Below, in pieces: positions 48,454-60,362 of a DNA stretch of 64,000 nt. Under the pieces are notes generated by a model that did no database searches, was not told the origin of the DNA, and saw nothing but the letters and a program-made list of their open reading frames with translations. Both the position numbers and the translations under genes were made by a program. Source of the DNA: Marsupella aquatica (taxonomy: Eukaryota; Plantae; Marchantiophyta); the NCBI GenBank assembly GCA_973895155.1, contig OZ316897.1, positions 23,411,455 to 23,475,454 of the forward strand. The letters run 5' to 3'. How positions within the stretch are numbered: position 1 is the first letter of the stretch; each line of letters starts with the position of its first letter.

Positions 48454-48798
48454 GGTAGTTATACTTAGTTAGAATTAGTGACCCTCCCTAGTAAGTATTC
48501 GGCATATTTTTTTAATTTTTTTTAGTTACTTTCAGTTTTTACATTGGACGCTGTGAAAAGCGTCCATTGTAACTCGACGCTGGGGAAGCGTCCACTTAGT
48601 TTACAAAGGACGTTGTGCAGAGGTCCGCTTTTGTATTAGTTCAGTTGCATGAGACGCTGTGAGCCGATGACTAGGCATCTTGTACAATGGCGGATTGCGA
48701 CAGCTCAACGGGACGCTGAGGAGTAAGCAGTCGCGCTTCGCCCTAGTTCACTATGGAACACGATTCTCACTGAGCTTACGGAGCTAACAAGTCACGCG

Positions 48799-51372
48799 AT
48801 GGCGGAGACTGAGCTGACGACGCGACCAATACTCGCAGACATTCCATCGAATGCAGTGCATAGGCGGCAGTTGAAGACGGCTCTGGCAAAAATGGGCTTG
48901 AAGAAGCTGCTTCAACTTCCTTGGAAGATTTGCGAATTCAGCCTTATCGATCAAGGTGTCTGGGACGCTGAAGAAAGGATTGGTGTGCGCTCGCGTCCCA
49001 GTGTTTGGACTGAAGCGCTCATAGCGAAGGTCTATTCGACGCCGATGGAGGGCGAGGATTTACAGAGGGTTGATTGTGAGCCTCGGGTTTATGTAGAATC
49101 CTTCTTCGCTCCAGGATCCTTCAAGAGGCGGAATGGATGGCTAGCGGCGGACTGCTTAGATAATTCTCTGCAGCGTCTATTTCGATTTCTGGCACCAATT
49201 TTCTACCCAGAAAGCCAGACGCGCATCACTCTTTCGTTCGCTGCAACGGTGATCTGTTCATTAGAACAGACGCAGTCTATCAATTGGACGAAGGTTTTGC
49301 ACCGAGTAATTCATACTCAGGTCAAAAATTTTCGTAGCAGGCTGAAAACGGGGAAAATAAGGTGTACCTACTTGGCCCCTTATTTAGCTCACATTTACCA
49401 TAAGTATGACTGTCTGCTTGTCTTGGAAAAAGATTTTTATCGCAACAATCAGAGAGCATCTACCGGTGAAGCAAATTATATGCCTGAAGTACGAGAAGTC
49501 CGAGCCAATTCCACAGTGGTAGAGCTATGTGCAATACTCGACTGTGAGGAACCTGAACTGGTGGGTGAAGTTCGGAAATTGAAAGAGACAAGAGCATCAG
49601 CTGAAGGGAGTGACGATCCGATTCTTCACCAACCAAGAGAGGCTCAAGTTGCCGAAGATGTTCCTTCAGCAATGCCCACAGGGTTGGAGCATTCTATGTC
49701 ACCTCGACTCTCGTGTTCACCTTGTGCTGCCGAGCCTATTTATGATGTTGATCAGGATAATTCTGCTTCTCGGATGAATGTTGAAGATGAGGTGAGGGTG
49801 GATGAAGAAGGTTTTTCAGGGGAACCTCTTCAACATTCTACTGCTGAGGACGAGTATGATGGATTTACTTCTACCCCTGTTTTGGTTCCCATAGAGGCAA
49901 ATAGTGATGCTTTGCAGGCTTTACAGGAGTATGATTCGTCCGACTCTCTTAGTTCTAGCCCAAATATAGGTGAAATCCCTCTGGTCCAGGAGTCAGAAAT
50001 ATTAAGCTCAGAAATTGTGAAGCTGGTTAAAGTTGATTCGGAGGATGCAATTGTGGATATAGACGAAGTAGGTGAACCAGTGACTTCTCCCCAATCTGTC
50101 GCAAGATACCCTGCCTGGTCTACACCTGGTTCACTCATATCGATTCCTTTGGATATAACTAAGGAATTAGATGAGGCAATAGCCGCGATAGGAGCTCCTT
50201 CATTTCCGCCTGTAAAATGGGTTTCTCCTGAAGATGAGTTGATTGAAGGAGGCTCTGCTGGTTTTCCGAGTCGCAATCAGGTATCTGGTAATATGGGTAT
50301 ATCTGTACCCATATTGGTACCCGAGACACCCGCTTCGACAACCAGCTCAGCACCAGTTTCATTGGCTACAAACGAGGATAAAAACATTCGGGAGGAGTTT
50401 TCAGTGACGTATACTCGAAAATCTTGGAAACGGTTGCGCCATGCTATCAGTCGACAGATCTTTCCTGAAGCATCTTCCCAGGATTTTGAACAGGGAGAAG
50501 CACCTATCGGAACAGACGAGCTACCCCTTCCTGTACTTTTGACAGATCGAACTAACCAGGAAGTCTCTTTACCTAGCGATAATTTTAAAGAAGAACTTCC
50601 TGTTTTAGTACCAATGCATCCCATTGCAGATCAACCAGCTACTGTTGCAAGAGAAGAATTTGAACCACTGGAGCCCGAACCTTCTGCTCCTTCGTCTCCT
50701 GTTACATTGCCAATTCGACCAGTTAAGGAGTCAGTGATTCCTTCCGCTATGCCAGATGTAATTTTCCGTTGGATAGGAGCACCAAGTGATGGAGAAGAAG
50801 ACGAAGACCCTCGCATTATCAGAGTACCTCCTCGACTTCGGCATACAGTGGATTTGCCACCCCGAAATCCTATCCCTAATTTGGCTTCAATTCACAGGTG
50901 GGAGAAGAAACATTTTCGAGTAGCTTTTCGACATCTGGAGATGGAGAGCATTTTGCAGCAGCAGCAGATTTTGCCAATGACATCCCATCCGAGGATTCGT
51001 AGTTTGATTCGCACATATGAACCTGGGAAGGCGGTTCCTCCCATTGATAAGGACAGACGACATAAGTTTTCGGAGTTCGAAATTTGGTGTTGGGTGTATA
51101 TGCTTCGACGAGCTCAAGCTCCATTTCCGCCCCTTGTGCCGGAAATTCCATGGCCCTATCCATACTATGTTTGGGTTTGTCCTGGTGGGTTTGCTATTCC
51201 AATTAAATATGAGAAGAAGCTTGTTAAGCTAAGGGAGCAGTTGATTACAAAACAATGTATGCTACCGGCTTCCCAAGGGTTCAAGTCGCTTAGGTGTTTA
51301 GCGTTCCTACCTATTATTCCTTCTTATCCGGATGTGATTATTCAAGGTGTTTTATCTAGGACACAGATTTGA
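48799..51372 (+). CDS. Extra ORF of D1 at the env-like position (857 aa): accessory N-terminal domain plus acidic/Pro-rich region
   Basis: Intact ORF. GLKKLLQLPW..WTEALIAKVY..P..NGW...C resembles the A/B LTR proteins. Confidence 0.8.
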   Translation: MAETELTTRPILADIPSNAVHRRQLKTALAKMGLKKLLQLPWKICEFSLIDQGVWDAEERIGVRSRPSVWTEALIAKVYSTPMEGEDLQRVDCEPRVYVESFFAPGSFKRRNGWLAADCLDNSLQRLFRFLAPIFYPESQTRITLSFAATVICSLEQTQSINWTKVLHRVIHTQVKNFRSRLKTGKIRCTYLAPYLAHIYHKYDCLLVLEKDFYRNNQRASTGEANYMPEVREVRANSTVVELCAILDCEEPELVGEVRKLKETRASAEGSDDPILHQPREAQVAEDVPSAMPTGLEHSMSPRLSCSPCAAEPIYDVDQDNSASRMNVEDEVRVDEEGFSGEPLQHSTAEDEYDGFTSTPVLVPIEANSDALQALQEYDSSDSLSSSPNIGEIPLVQESEILSSEIVKLVKVDSEDAIVDIDEVGEPVTSPQSVARYPAWSTPGSLISIPLDITKELDEAIAAIGAPSFPPVKWVSPEDELIEGGSAGFPSRNQVSGNMGISVPILVPETPASTTSSAPVSLATNEDKNIREEFSVTYTRKSWKRLRHAISRQIFPEASSQDFEQGEAPIGTDELPLPVLLTDRTNQEVSLPSDNFKEELPVLVPMHPIADQPATVAREEFEPLEPEPSAPSSPVTLPIRPVKESVIPSAMPDVIFRWIGAPSDGEEDEDPRIIRVPPRLRHTVDLPPRNPIPNLASIHRWEKKHFRVAFRHLEMESILQQQQILPMTSHPRIRSLIRTYEPGKAVPPIDKDRRHKFSEFEIWCWVYMLRRAQAPFPPLVPEIPWPYPYYVWVCPGGFAIPIKYEKKLVKLREQLITKQCMLPASQGFKSLRCLAFLPIIPSYPDVIIQGVLSRTQI

Positions 51373-51384
51373 AGGACACCATTT

Positions 51385-51861
51385 ATGAGAGATATCAAAC
51401 GGTGTTGTCATTTATATGTATATAAGCCGTTACTTTTGCAGCATCCTGCAATTGTTTCCTTCTTTCTCCTTCGAATTGATATTTATCTGCTCATGTGGGA
51501 CATCAAAGCTACTATGGATTGTTGGAATTCTTTACCCCGTGCTTTCCAACATTCCTTTGAAGGCAAGATCAAACTGGGAGGACATGCTATTCAACACTTT
51601 GTTATTGATCCAGGCTCTCGAATTAATTTCCTCTCCCACAGACTGTGCCAGCAATTTGTTCATCAAGAAGTACAACCGATATCTGCTCAGATATCAATCG
51701 ATGGACGAATCATTAATCTTTGGGGAAGAGTTAAAGGAGTCCCAATACAGATCGGAGAAGAATTCCATGACCTCGATTTTTATATTCTGGATTCGGATAT
51801 CTCCCAACTCCCGTCAATAATTTTGAGCACTACTTGGATTATTAAGCCAGAATATTATTAA
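51385..51861 (+). CDS. Second retropepsin-like aspartic protease domain, in frame with the extra ORF after one TGA
   Basis: FVIDPGSRINFLS...GRVKGVPIQIG...DFYILD...IILSTTWI. Confidence 0.7.
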   Translation: MRDIKRCCHLYVYKPLLLQHPAIVSFFLLRIDIYLLMWDIKATMDCWNSLPRAFQHSFEGKIKLGGHAIQHFVIDPGSRINFLSHRLCQQFVHQEVQPISAQISIDGRIINLWGRVKGVPIQIGEEFHDLDFYILDSDISQLPSIILSTTWIIKPEYY

Positions 51862-51938
51862 TGAAGAACATGTCACTCGCTTCTGATTCAATTCGGTCAT
51901 GTCTTGTGGGGACACGGCGAAATTTAAGTGGAGGGCTA

Positions 51939-53328
51939 TGTGGTATGGGTGTCCCTGCAATTTTTTCTGGAAACTTGTTTATTTTTAGCATATCACAAGA
52001 TTTACTTACACTTTAGACACCTTCCGGCCAACATTTACTTGTTCTGGACACTTATAGAAATATTTGACATCTCCGGCTTTCCTGACGATTCCTAGTGTAC
52101 TTTGCCCGACGCTGTGACCAGCGCCCGTTTCTTTTACTCAAGACGCTGCGGAAGCATCCAAACTCCTCATGACGCTTTTGGCAGTGCCCGACCGCCACCA
52201 AGACTCTATGAGGATTTCGACCGACGCTGTGGAAAGCGTCAGCTTCAACACACGACGCTGTGAGCAGCGTCCACCCTAGTATTGACGCTGTGAGCAGTGT
52301 GAGCAGCGTCCGTTGGTTTTACTTAAGACGCTTCTAGCAGCGTCCAGATTCTCCCGACGCTTCTAGCAGCGTCCGCTCAACACTTAGTTTTTGAAGTAGA
52401 TTACTAGTAAAGTAGTATTCTACCACCCTTGTTGAAGTACTTATGCTGTGCTTCTCCCTTGTTTAGTTTTAAGCTTGGAAAGGCACGACTGTTCTTACCT
52501 CCTCCATTTTAGGATTCCAGCACTTATAAGACAGAGTAGAATGCTCATTTGAAGTAGAGAGAAATAGAGTTAATACTGTATTCAGAATTGAGTCTTCTGA
52601 ATAGTTTTCTCCTCCTTCCATTGTAACAAGGCATGCTGTGAGTGTTTTGTATGGAAGTAAAGCTATATTGATTGAAGTTAAGATTGAATTCAAGAGATTC
52701 CTGTGGTGATTGAATTCAGTTGCAGATTTCTGAAACTCGTATTGAATTCACTGCTAGGCTTGCTTGCAGAGTCGGGATTCGCTAGCCAATTCAAGAATAG
52801 TTAATGATAAATGAGAAGTAAATTCTGATTCTCAGAGTAGTTAGTACTGTTGCTTTGATTCTGGAATATGGTTTAGAGTTTGACTGAATTGCGTATCGCT
52901 GATGTCAAACCATGTTGACGGCATTTTAAATCATATCATTCATTTGCAATCAGAAAGCTTATGCTTCATCAGATTGAGAATTCCATTATCATTAACCTTT
53001 GTGTTTTGAAGAGTGAGATGGATGAATTATGAGATAGATTTCATGTCTATACTGAGCCCAAATCCTTTCTGAAGGAGTGGCAGTAGCAGCTTGTAGTCTC
53101 TAAATCCTTACTCATTTCTTCTCTAATTCATAAATCAGAAGTTCAGTTACTTTGTTGTTTGTTTATTCGATTTTTTTATTGAGAAGTGAAGTCAACATAG
53201 AGCTCAAGACTCTAAATCATTCGGAGTGATAAAAGTTATACAATTCATTCTGAAATCTGTTCTTAAAGGGATCGAAACCCTGGTTTTAGGTGAGGAGAGT
53301 CACTTTTGATACTTAGCACTATACGACA
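51939..53328 (+). repeat. 3' LTR of D1 (1390 bp)
   Basis: Preceded by PPT at 51921-51938 and followed by TSD GGTTT. Confidence 0.95.
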
Positions 53329-54404
53329 GGTTTAGCAAGCTGGCTAAATCCTTTAACATACCTCCTGTAGTAGCTCGCCAATCCCAAGAATGCACGAACT
53401 CTACTCACATTAGCAGGACAAGGAATCTGTGTAATGGCCTCCACTTTAGTCTGCTGTACACCCAATCCCCCTGGGTATATAGTGTGGCCCAAATACTCAA
53501 TCTGGTCTTGGAAGAACTTACACTTGCTAGGATGGAGCTTCAACCCATGTGCTCTCAATCTCTCCAACACAATCTGCAAGTGCTGCTGATGTTCTTCCAC
53601 AGTAGAAGAATAGACCAAAATATCATCAATATAACATCTGATAAAATCCAAACCTGCAAGGATTCGATCCATGACTCTCTAGAACTCAGCTGGTGCATTC
53701 TTCAACCCAAATGGTAAGAATAACCACTGATACAAACAATCTTTGCCATAAGAATCAATCCCCCAGAATGCTGTCTTGGACTTGTCAGCATGCCTAATTG
53801 GAAGTTGATGGTACCCTGCCCTCAGATCCAATGAACTGAAAACCTTTGCATGCCCCACAGCATCAAAGATCTCCTCAGGTGTGGGCATGGCATATCTATT
53901 AGATTTTGTCTGGCAATTAATGGGTCTGTAATCACCGCACATGCGCCTATCTATGTAATTGCCATGCACATCCTTCTTGGCTGGCATCACTGTGGCAGAT
54001 GCATACTCCCCATATGAAATCTCCACCAATCCAGCCTCCAACAAATCTTGAGTTCTGTTTTGAATCAGAGCTCTCTCCATGTCACTATAACGGTATGGCC
54101 TACGAAAGATTGGCGCATCACGAGCCAATTTAATCTGAATACCAGGACCCTTTAATGTCCCCAAATCTTTCATGCTAAATGCAAAACAATTCCAGTAACT
54201 CTTCAGGAATCGACGCATGCGACGTCTCTCCTCCCCTGTCAACTTAGGGCCAAGCTGTGGTTCCCAACTCTCCACCAAATCCCTAGCTAATATCTCTTTG
54301 TAGGGTAGAAGAGATAGCCGATGATTGCTATTTAGCAGTAGATTGAGTAGTCCCTTCCTGCTCAACAATCTGTCCAGCCTTGGCCAATCCTGCCATAGGT
54401 CCAT
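53329..54404 (-). pseudogene. Reverse transcriptase of element C (one TAG at 53679)
   Basis: RMCGDYRPIN, LDLRAGYHQ, LPFGLKNAPAEF, CYIDDILV, FLGLASYYRRYV. Confidence 0.93.
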
Positions 54405-54879
54405 GGACTGTCTGCTCGCCCCCAGCTGTGGTCAGTACTGTCTCAGTGGACCGCAAGCTCACCAAGCGACAATCAGTAATTCTAGCAAAGCGCATCCGCA
54501 ACTGTTCAGCTACTCCCAAGCTGATAATCCAAGTCAAACAATTCAGGTCCATTGCTTGACCAAGAACCTGGCGTCGCAAACTCTCTGACATAGAGGCAAC
54601 TACAGTGGTGCCAGTCAAAAATCCCATAGCACGCTCTCTCTCATCAGCAGTAGGTTCCACTAATTGCTGGAGAACTGTGTTCCACACAAGTCCAGGGCCA
54701 CCTGCTCTAAATGCATATGAAGCAGAGTGGCTTACAAGAGTGGGTAATGCACAACGGGGGCACCCAACTACATTGACCATTGCTAATGGAGGTCTATCAG
54801 GTTGGGTCACACCCTATGCACGACGCCCTGGATCCAAAACATCATCCACCACTAAGGCTGGTGAGCGTGGAATGCTGTC
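54405..54879 (-). pseudogene. C5-cytosine DNA methyltransferase (DNMT3-like), target-recognition region and motifs IX-X, of element C
   Basis: ERERAMGFLTGTTVVASMSESLRRQVLGQAMDLNCL aligns without gaps to DNMT3A [36 protein letters not shown] (recalled sequence). Confidence 0.8.
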
Positions 54880-57800
54880 TGTGGTGCGCCCCATGGCTCC
54901 CCAAACCCAAGAAACCCCCCCCCCCCGCACAAGCCGATTCCCGCGGGTTTCATCCTCGGCGAGGCCGTTTTCGCGGCTTAGCGGCATGGGACGCTGCTAA
55001 CCTCCTTCTACTACTACTATTAACATTTTACACACATATACTGGACAGATCCTTCATCGGGTCATGAGATATGTAGCCGGCCTAATCTGGGCCTTCCCTT
55101 CTCTTCCTCTCCTTCTGGTTGGGTATATTTGGATTCCGCCGCCGGAATGATCCCCAATAGGCTTGGTTAAGCCGCTAAGACCTCTCTCAGCTCGACACAT
55201 CCAACTCTCACTCCCTTGCTTACTTTCCTTCATCTATTAGTTGATGTGGGCACTCTTCACACAAGTTAATGCGACACACAAATAGCAAAATGACTCCTTC
55301 TGACTGAGTCATACCATGCACTTGCCATACAAACGGTACATCTCATACACAAGCTCTGCGAACTAAGCCGTGAGGCCAACTCTATTCAGCTCTTAGGCAT
55401 GAGGAAACATGAATATACACAAGGGTCACTATATGACTAACCGAGAGCTTCTCTTACTACTTGATCCCAACCCGGCTGGTGCAACTAAAAACTTGCTAAA
55501 GAAGAGGCCCTGAGCTCCCCGCTGCCCAGGTACTTATCCTGGACGCGGATCCGCCTAATTCCTTGCAGCGTAAGCCAAATCTACCTAACTGAATCTACCT
55601 AACTACAGCGAGGCAGGAGTACAAGTGTTGCTCTTACCAGTGGAACCACAATCCCACTAAGCCAAGTGTCAGGGCCGCCTCCTGGTCCTGATCCTAATCC
55701 TAAACTTAGAGATCCGAGCCCGCCCTGCCCACTCACGCCTCCTCCCTCCACGTCCGCCCTCCTTGAAAGGAGCGGCCCTCCACCACCGTCATGGCAACGG
55801 TGTCTGTTCCTTAGTGGACGCCCCCAACGCTTCCTCCTCAGCCACTATCGTAGGTTCGTTCTCTGACAAATTACCTCCCTTGACTTAGTCAACTCTCCAT
55901 CGGCCTGACTGGGTCCACCTTCGGCTTCGGCCTCGGCACCGGCTTCGGCATCAGCCACGGCTTCGGCCTGAGCTTCGGCTTCGTCATCCCCTGCTTCTAG
56001 GGTAGTTGGATCCTCTGCCGTGACCTTGCCTGGGGTCGGTGCTGGGTCTGCCTCCTGGGTCACCACGGCCTATGGAGCCGTATTACTCCTTGACCCTCAA
56101 GGTTTCCACTTCTTCTTCTTTTCTGGTTCGGCAGCTGGTCCCTTCCCCTTCCCACTTACTTCCGGCACTGGTGCAAGTGGCGCGGCTTGTTCTTCGGCCA
56201 GTACCACTCCTGGTAACTTGGTTGCCCCAATTGGAGTTGGGCCTGATGGAGCCAAGCCTTTAATTACTGCGGCTTGTTTCTTTAGCCGCTCCGTTTGGTT
56301 GTCGGCTCGCCGTTGTAAGTTCTCCAGCTTCCGCGTGCTTTCCTCCAACTCCTCCTGCACTTCATCCAGGTCCTTGCGCGCCTCCTCCAGTTCTTTCTGG
56401 GCTTCCTCCAGCTCCCTGTGGGCTTCCTCCAATTCCTTCTTCAAGGTAGCCCTCTCCTCATGGGTTGCTCTTAGCTCTTTGTCGAGCTCCATTACGACCT
56501 CAGACTCCATTTTATTCATCTTGGCATAAGTCTGGTCGAGCTGGTCGTCCTTCTCCTGTAGGTCGGCCTTGAAGCTGGCCGTCAGGGACGCAAGTTCCTA
56601 CTGCAGTGCAATAATCCCTTGATAGGATTTCCCTAACTCAGCCTCCTTCTGCTTAAGGGCTCCACGGATAACCTCGAGCTCCCCCTTCAACGCCCTTTCC
56701 CTTCTCTGGGTCTCCGCCATGGCCCGGTTGTTGGCTGTTATGTGGGCCTCCTCTGCATTCCTCAGCTCTCGCTTCCACTTCTCCCGCTCCTTGATCGCAT
56801 CGGCCAACTCTCCTTGGGTCCGCGTGAGTAGATTCTCGATCATCCGATTATCATACTGTGCGGTATTCAACTGGCCCTGCATGATATTTAGCTCATGCCG
56901 CTTAATCCGCAGCTCATCTTGGGCTTTCTTGGCCGCCCTTAGGTCCTTGATTTCGGCTTCCCTTTCCCTAAGCCGACGGATGACCTCGTCCTTCTTGCTT
57001 CTTTCCAAGGCCACCGCTTCTTCTAAATGGCGCTTCTCCAACATCTCCCTCTGGAAAAAGGGTCCCTGCTCCAACTCCTCCCCAAAGATGCTGAGCGCTA
57101 GTTCTCCACACATCTCCCCGTACTCCATGGCTCTATTTTTAGCATAGGTGGAGGAAGTAGAAGTCACCGGCATCATCCACCGCGGCCTTTGTTCCCAAGC
57201 CGCCTTGCGGATCTCCTCTATCGTGGCCGGAGGGCTGCTTCATTTTTCTGCAAGCCGCCTGATGTTCTCTGGCCATTCTCCTCCTGGTAAATCCTTCTCC
57301 CTAGCCAGGGCTGCCTCCTCTTCCTCCCTCATTTGCTCCTGAAATTCCTGCGCCGTCTGTTTTATGCCGTCAAAGCTTGGGGGAGCGACATCTGGCGGGG
57401 GAGACTCGGGGCTGCTCTGCTGGCTCGGGTCCCCTCGGACTACTCTTGGGAGTGTGGGGATAAACCGGCCACATGTCCTTACTCCTGGAACATGATGATC
57501 CAACCCGTAGCCGAAGTTATCATTGCTGTAGTCCTCCACCGCCTCCTCCTCGGTTTGGACTACCGGCTTCTCCCGCTGTTCTCCTGATTTTGTTGTGAAC
57601 ACGGCTTCACCTCTTGCCAGTCTTGGTTCCTCCTCCGGCTTCCGTGTTGATCTCTTGTTCTCCTTGTCGGGGCCGGGAGCTACGGCCTGCTTCTCTTCGG
57701 CTTCGGGACTAGAGGCTCCTACATACATCCGGACTCCCGGCTCGTGTTCCGGCCTCCTTCTCTCCTTGACTCCAGTAAAGGGGTTTTCCCTTGTAAGCCG

Positions 57801-59599
57801 GTCTAGGCCTACCTCTAGAGCAGTGTCCTGTATTGTTGCCGTTGCCGTTGCCGTTGTTGTTGTTGTTGCCGTAGCCGTAGCCGTTCTCTTTTCTTTCTCC
57901 AGCAGTTTCAACAGATTCTGCATGCCTGGTTGCTGCATCGGCAAGTCCTCCGTCCTTGGCCTAAACACCTGCTCAATTGTAGGATTGTCGGGCGGTTTAG
58001 GTTTCTCCGTTGTCGGCCTCTGTTCCGGAACCTCCTCTGGTGCCCTTGCCTGTAGGGGAAGCACCGGGCCAAAGGTCTTACTTCGGGCATACCGGCACAA
58101 TAGCGGCATGTGATAGCCCAGCCGGGACACGCTTCCCTTGCCGATCACCAGCTGTTCCTCCTTCAAGATCTTCTTTAGTTGAGTGAGGAGATAACCGTTG
58201 TAGTCCCGGCTTGGGTCTGGCCTCTCTGCCAGATAGACCTGTGCCTTGCCGATCTCTGCTCTCGGCCAGTTGCAATGCATGGTCACCCGCAAGAAATCGA
58301 TCATCTCTCCTATATGGGGGTTGGTGCAAGTGTTACGGAAAAAACCATTCTTTGTTGAAGGCCTTGGAAACGACCTGAACTCCGTGTCTGGCAAGGTCTT
58401 CCTGGTATCTACCTTGGTCTTATTGCCCATCGGCAAGCCAAATCCTTCGGCAATCACCTGGGGAGTAAGATAGAATTCCTTCCCATACACCCTTGTGGAA
58501 TTGGTCTCAGACTCCCATGATCCCACGAATTCAAGTAAGTCTGAATTTGGCACCTCCGGCTTCAGCCATGGTAACCTTACGAAGGCTTCCAAGCCGGATC
58601 CGGCCATGAAGCCCTGATATTTCTGAGTCTGCATAGCCGTAAAGCATGCATCCTCTTCTCTTGCAAAGTGTAATTGGACCTCCTCGGGGAGGATTGCCAC
58701 CCAGTCTTTCCAGGTGTCATCTCTCGTTGGAATGGCGTTGATGGGGTCGACCTCCTCCTCCTCGGCTTCTCTCTGCCTCCTGCTCTGCTGTTCGGCTGGT
58801 TTCTTTGGTGCCGCCGACCTCGTTCTTTTTGCCGGGGTGGCCTCGTCGTTGTTAATTCCCTTCCTCTTCATCTCGGCTGCCGTGGATGTCTCTCCGAGCA
58901 CGGTTGCCTTTGTCCACCCCTCCGTGCTACCCTTCAACTCCCAGTGTAGGTCGTTGCAGCATTTGATGGCTTTGCGGATGCCGACGACTCTGTCTTCGCA
59001 AAACAAAAGGTCGTCGAGTTGATTGGTAGTAGGAGTCCACAAGAATTCGGCCTTGATGAGTTCTCCTCCTAAGAAGGCAGCTTTCTATAGCTCCCACAAT
59101 TGAGCGAGCTCCTATCGTTCTCGAGCTGCTCTCTCCGATTCTTCGTCCTCGTAAGTCCCAATGTACTCAGTTGCCCGTTCGAACAGGCATCCCCAAAAAT
59201 GTGCCGCTTGATTGATGTTGCTCATACCCTTATCGAGTTGATAGTCGGTATCTGCTCCCCCCCGAGTGCTTGCTTAAGCAGCTGATAGTAGTTGGCCGCC
59301 CGTAGTCGTCTGCCCAGTTCGTGCCTGCAAATGAGCCACAACTCTTCGCGAGCGGTCCTTACCCCTCTCCTCCTCGGCGTTTCTCTCCCGTTGGTGACCC
59401 CTAGCCGCCGGCATTTATCGTGCCCTAACCCTAATCGTGTTCTCTCCCCTGGCATCCTTACTTCCGGCCTCGGCTCGGGTTCCATAGTCACCCTTAATTG
59501 TTTATATTTTCTTATTTCTGTAACTATACTAAGGTGTTTCTAGGGTACACTTCCCATTTCCACTTCAACTAGCCGAGTGATTCCTGGCTAGGCATCACA
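54880..59599 (-). repeat. 3' LTR of A3 (4720 bp)
   Basis: TGTGATGCC...GCACCACA on the minus strand, with PPT adjacent. Confidence 0.9.
55789..59485 (-). pseudogene. Disrupted LTR-embedded coiled-coil protein gene of A3
   Basis: ORF pieces 57240-59042, 56598-57176 and 56097-56519 are homologous to 2232-5831. Confidence 0.85.
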
Positions 59600-60311
59600 T
59601 AGCTCCCCACTTAATTGTGAAGCGTCCTCGCGAACAACTTCATCTTCGTCCATATAGTATTTCTTGAGGCGGTCGTAGTGAATACGAACTGGGTACACTT
59701 CTCCGGTAATGTTGGCCAATTGCACAGAGCCATTGGGGAACTTCTTTGATACCCTGAAAGGTCCTAGCCAGCGAGTGTAAAGCTTCCCTGGAAACCTACT
59801 ATACCTACTGTCATAAAGTAATACAAGATCTCCTGTGTGAATACTAACTACTTTCAACTTTTTATCATACTGCTGCTTCATGATATTCTGTCTATATTCT
59901 ACTCTCTCGGCTGAAATCATTCTTGCCTCCTCTAAAGCCTCTAATCTATATTCTCGCTCTTTCAGGCTTTCCTCCTCTGAGACCCTTTCCTCAATGGTAA
60001 CTTGAAATGTTGGTATCTCAAGTTGCATGGGTACCAGAGCTTCTTGTTCAAAGGTTAAGAAAAAAGGTGTATGACCGGTAGTGGATTTATAGGCTAAATT
60101 GTAAGCAAAAACAGCAGCAAACAATTTATCATCCCAATCGAGTTTGTTCTGAGCTACTGTCTTGTTCAATATCTTTCCTATAATTCCATTGGCTCGTTCT
60201 GTCAATCCATTTGCTTTTGGGTGGTAAGGAGTGGTAGGCCTATGTTTAACTAAATACTGCTCATTTAACCAACTAATTATATCATTCAAAAAATGGGTTC
60301 CTCTATCACTA
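59588..60311 (-). pseudogene. Integrase C-terminal fragment of A3
   Basis: SDRGTHF...WLGPF...ELCDA; the N-terminal MKWKWE is LTR-derived. Confidence 0.9.
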
Positions 60312-60362
60312 ACTTCCCATTTCCACTTCAACTAGCCGAGTGATTCCTGGCTAGGCATCACA

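Larger units (their letters stand above)
33983..53328 (+). mobile_element. Complete Athila-like Ty3/Gypsy element D1 containing Copia E
   Basis: TSD GGTTT at 33978-33982 and 53329-53333. Near-identical 1390-bp LTRs, tRNA-Asp-type PBS, extra ORF after pol. Confidence 0.95.
54880..60362 (-). mobile_element. Family A copy A3, internally deleted (51 bp of 5' LTR + integrase end + full 3' LTR)
   Basis: TSD CTGTC at 54875-54879 and 60363-60367; 60312-60362 is identical to 59549-59599. Confidence 0.92.

Noticed and set aside
48799-51372. True retroviral envelope glycoprotein
   Set aside because: No signal peptide or clear transmembrane helix is visible; only its position is env-like.
59588-60331. 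Novel 247-aa integrase ORF starting MKWKWE
   Set aside because: Chimeric product of the deletion junction between LTR and integrase.
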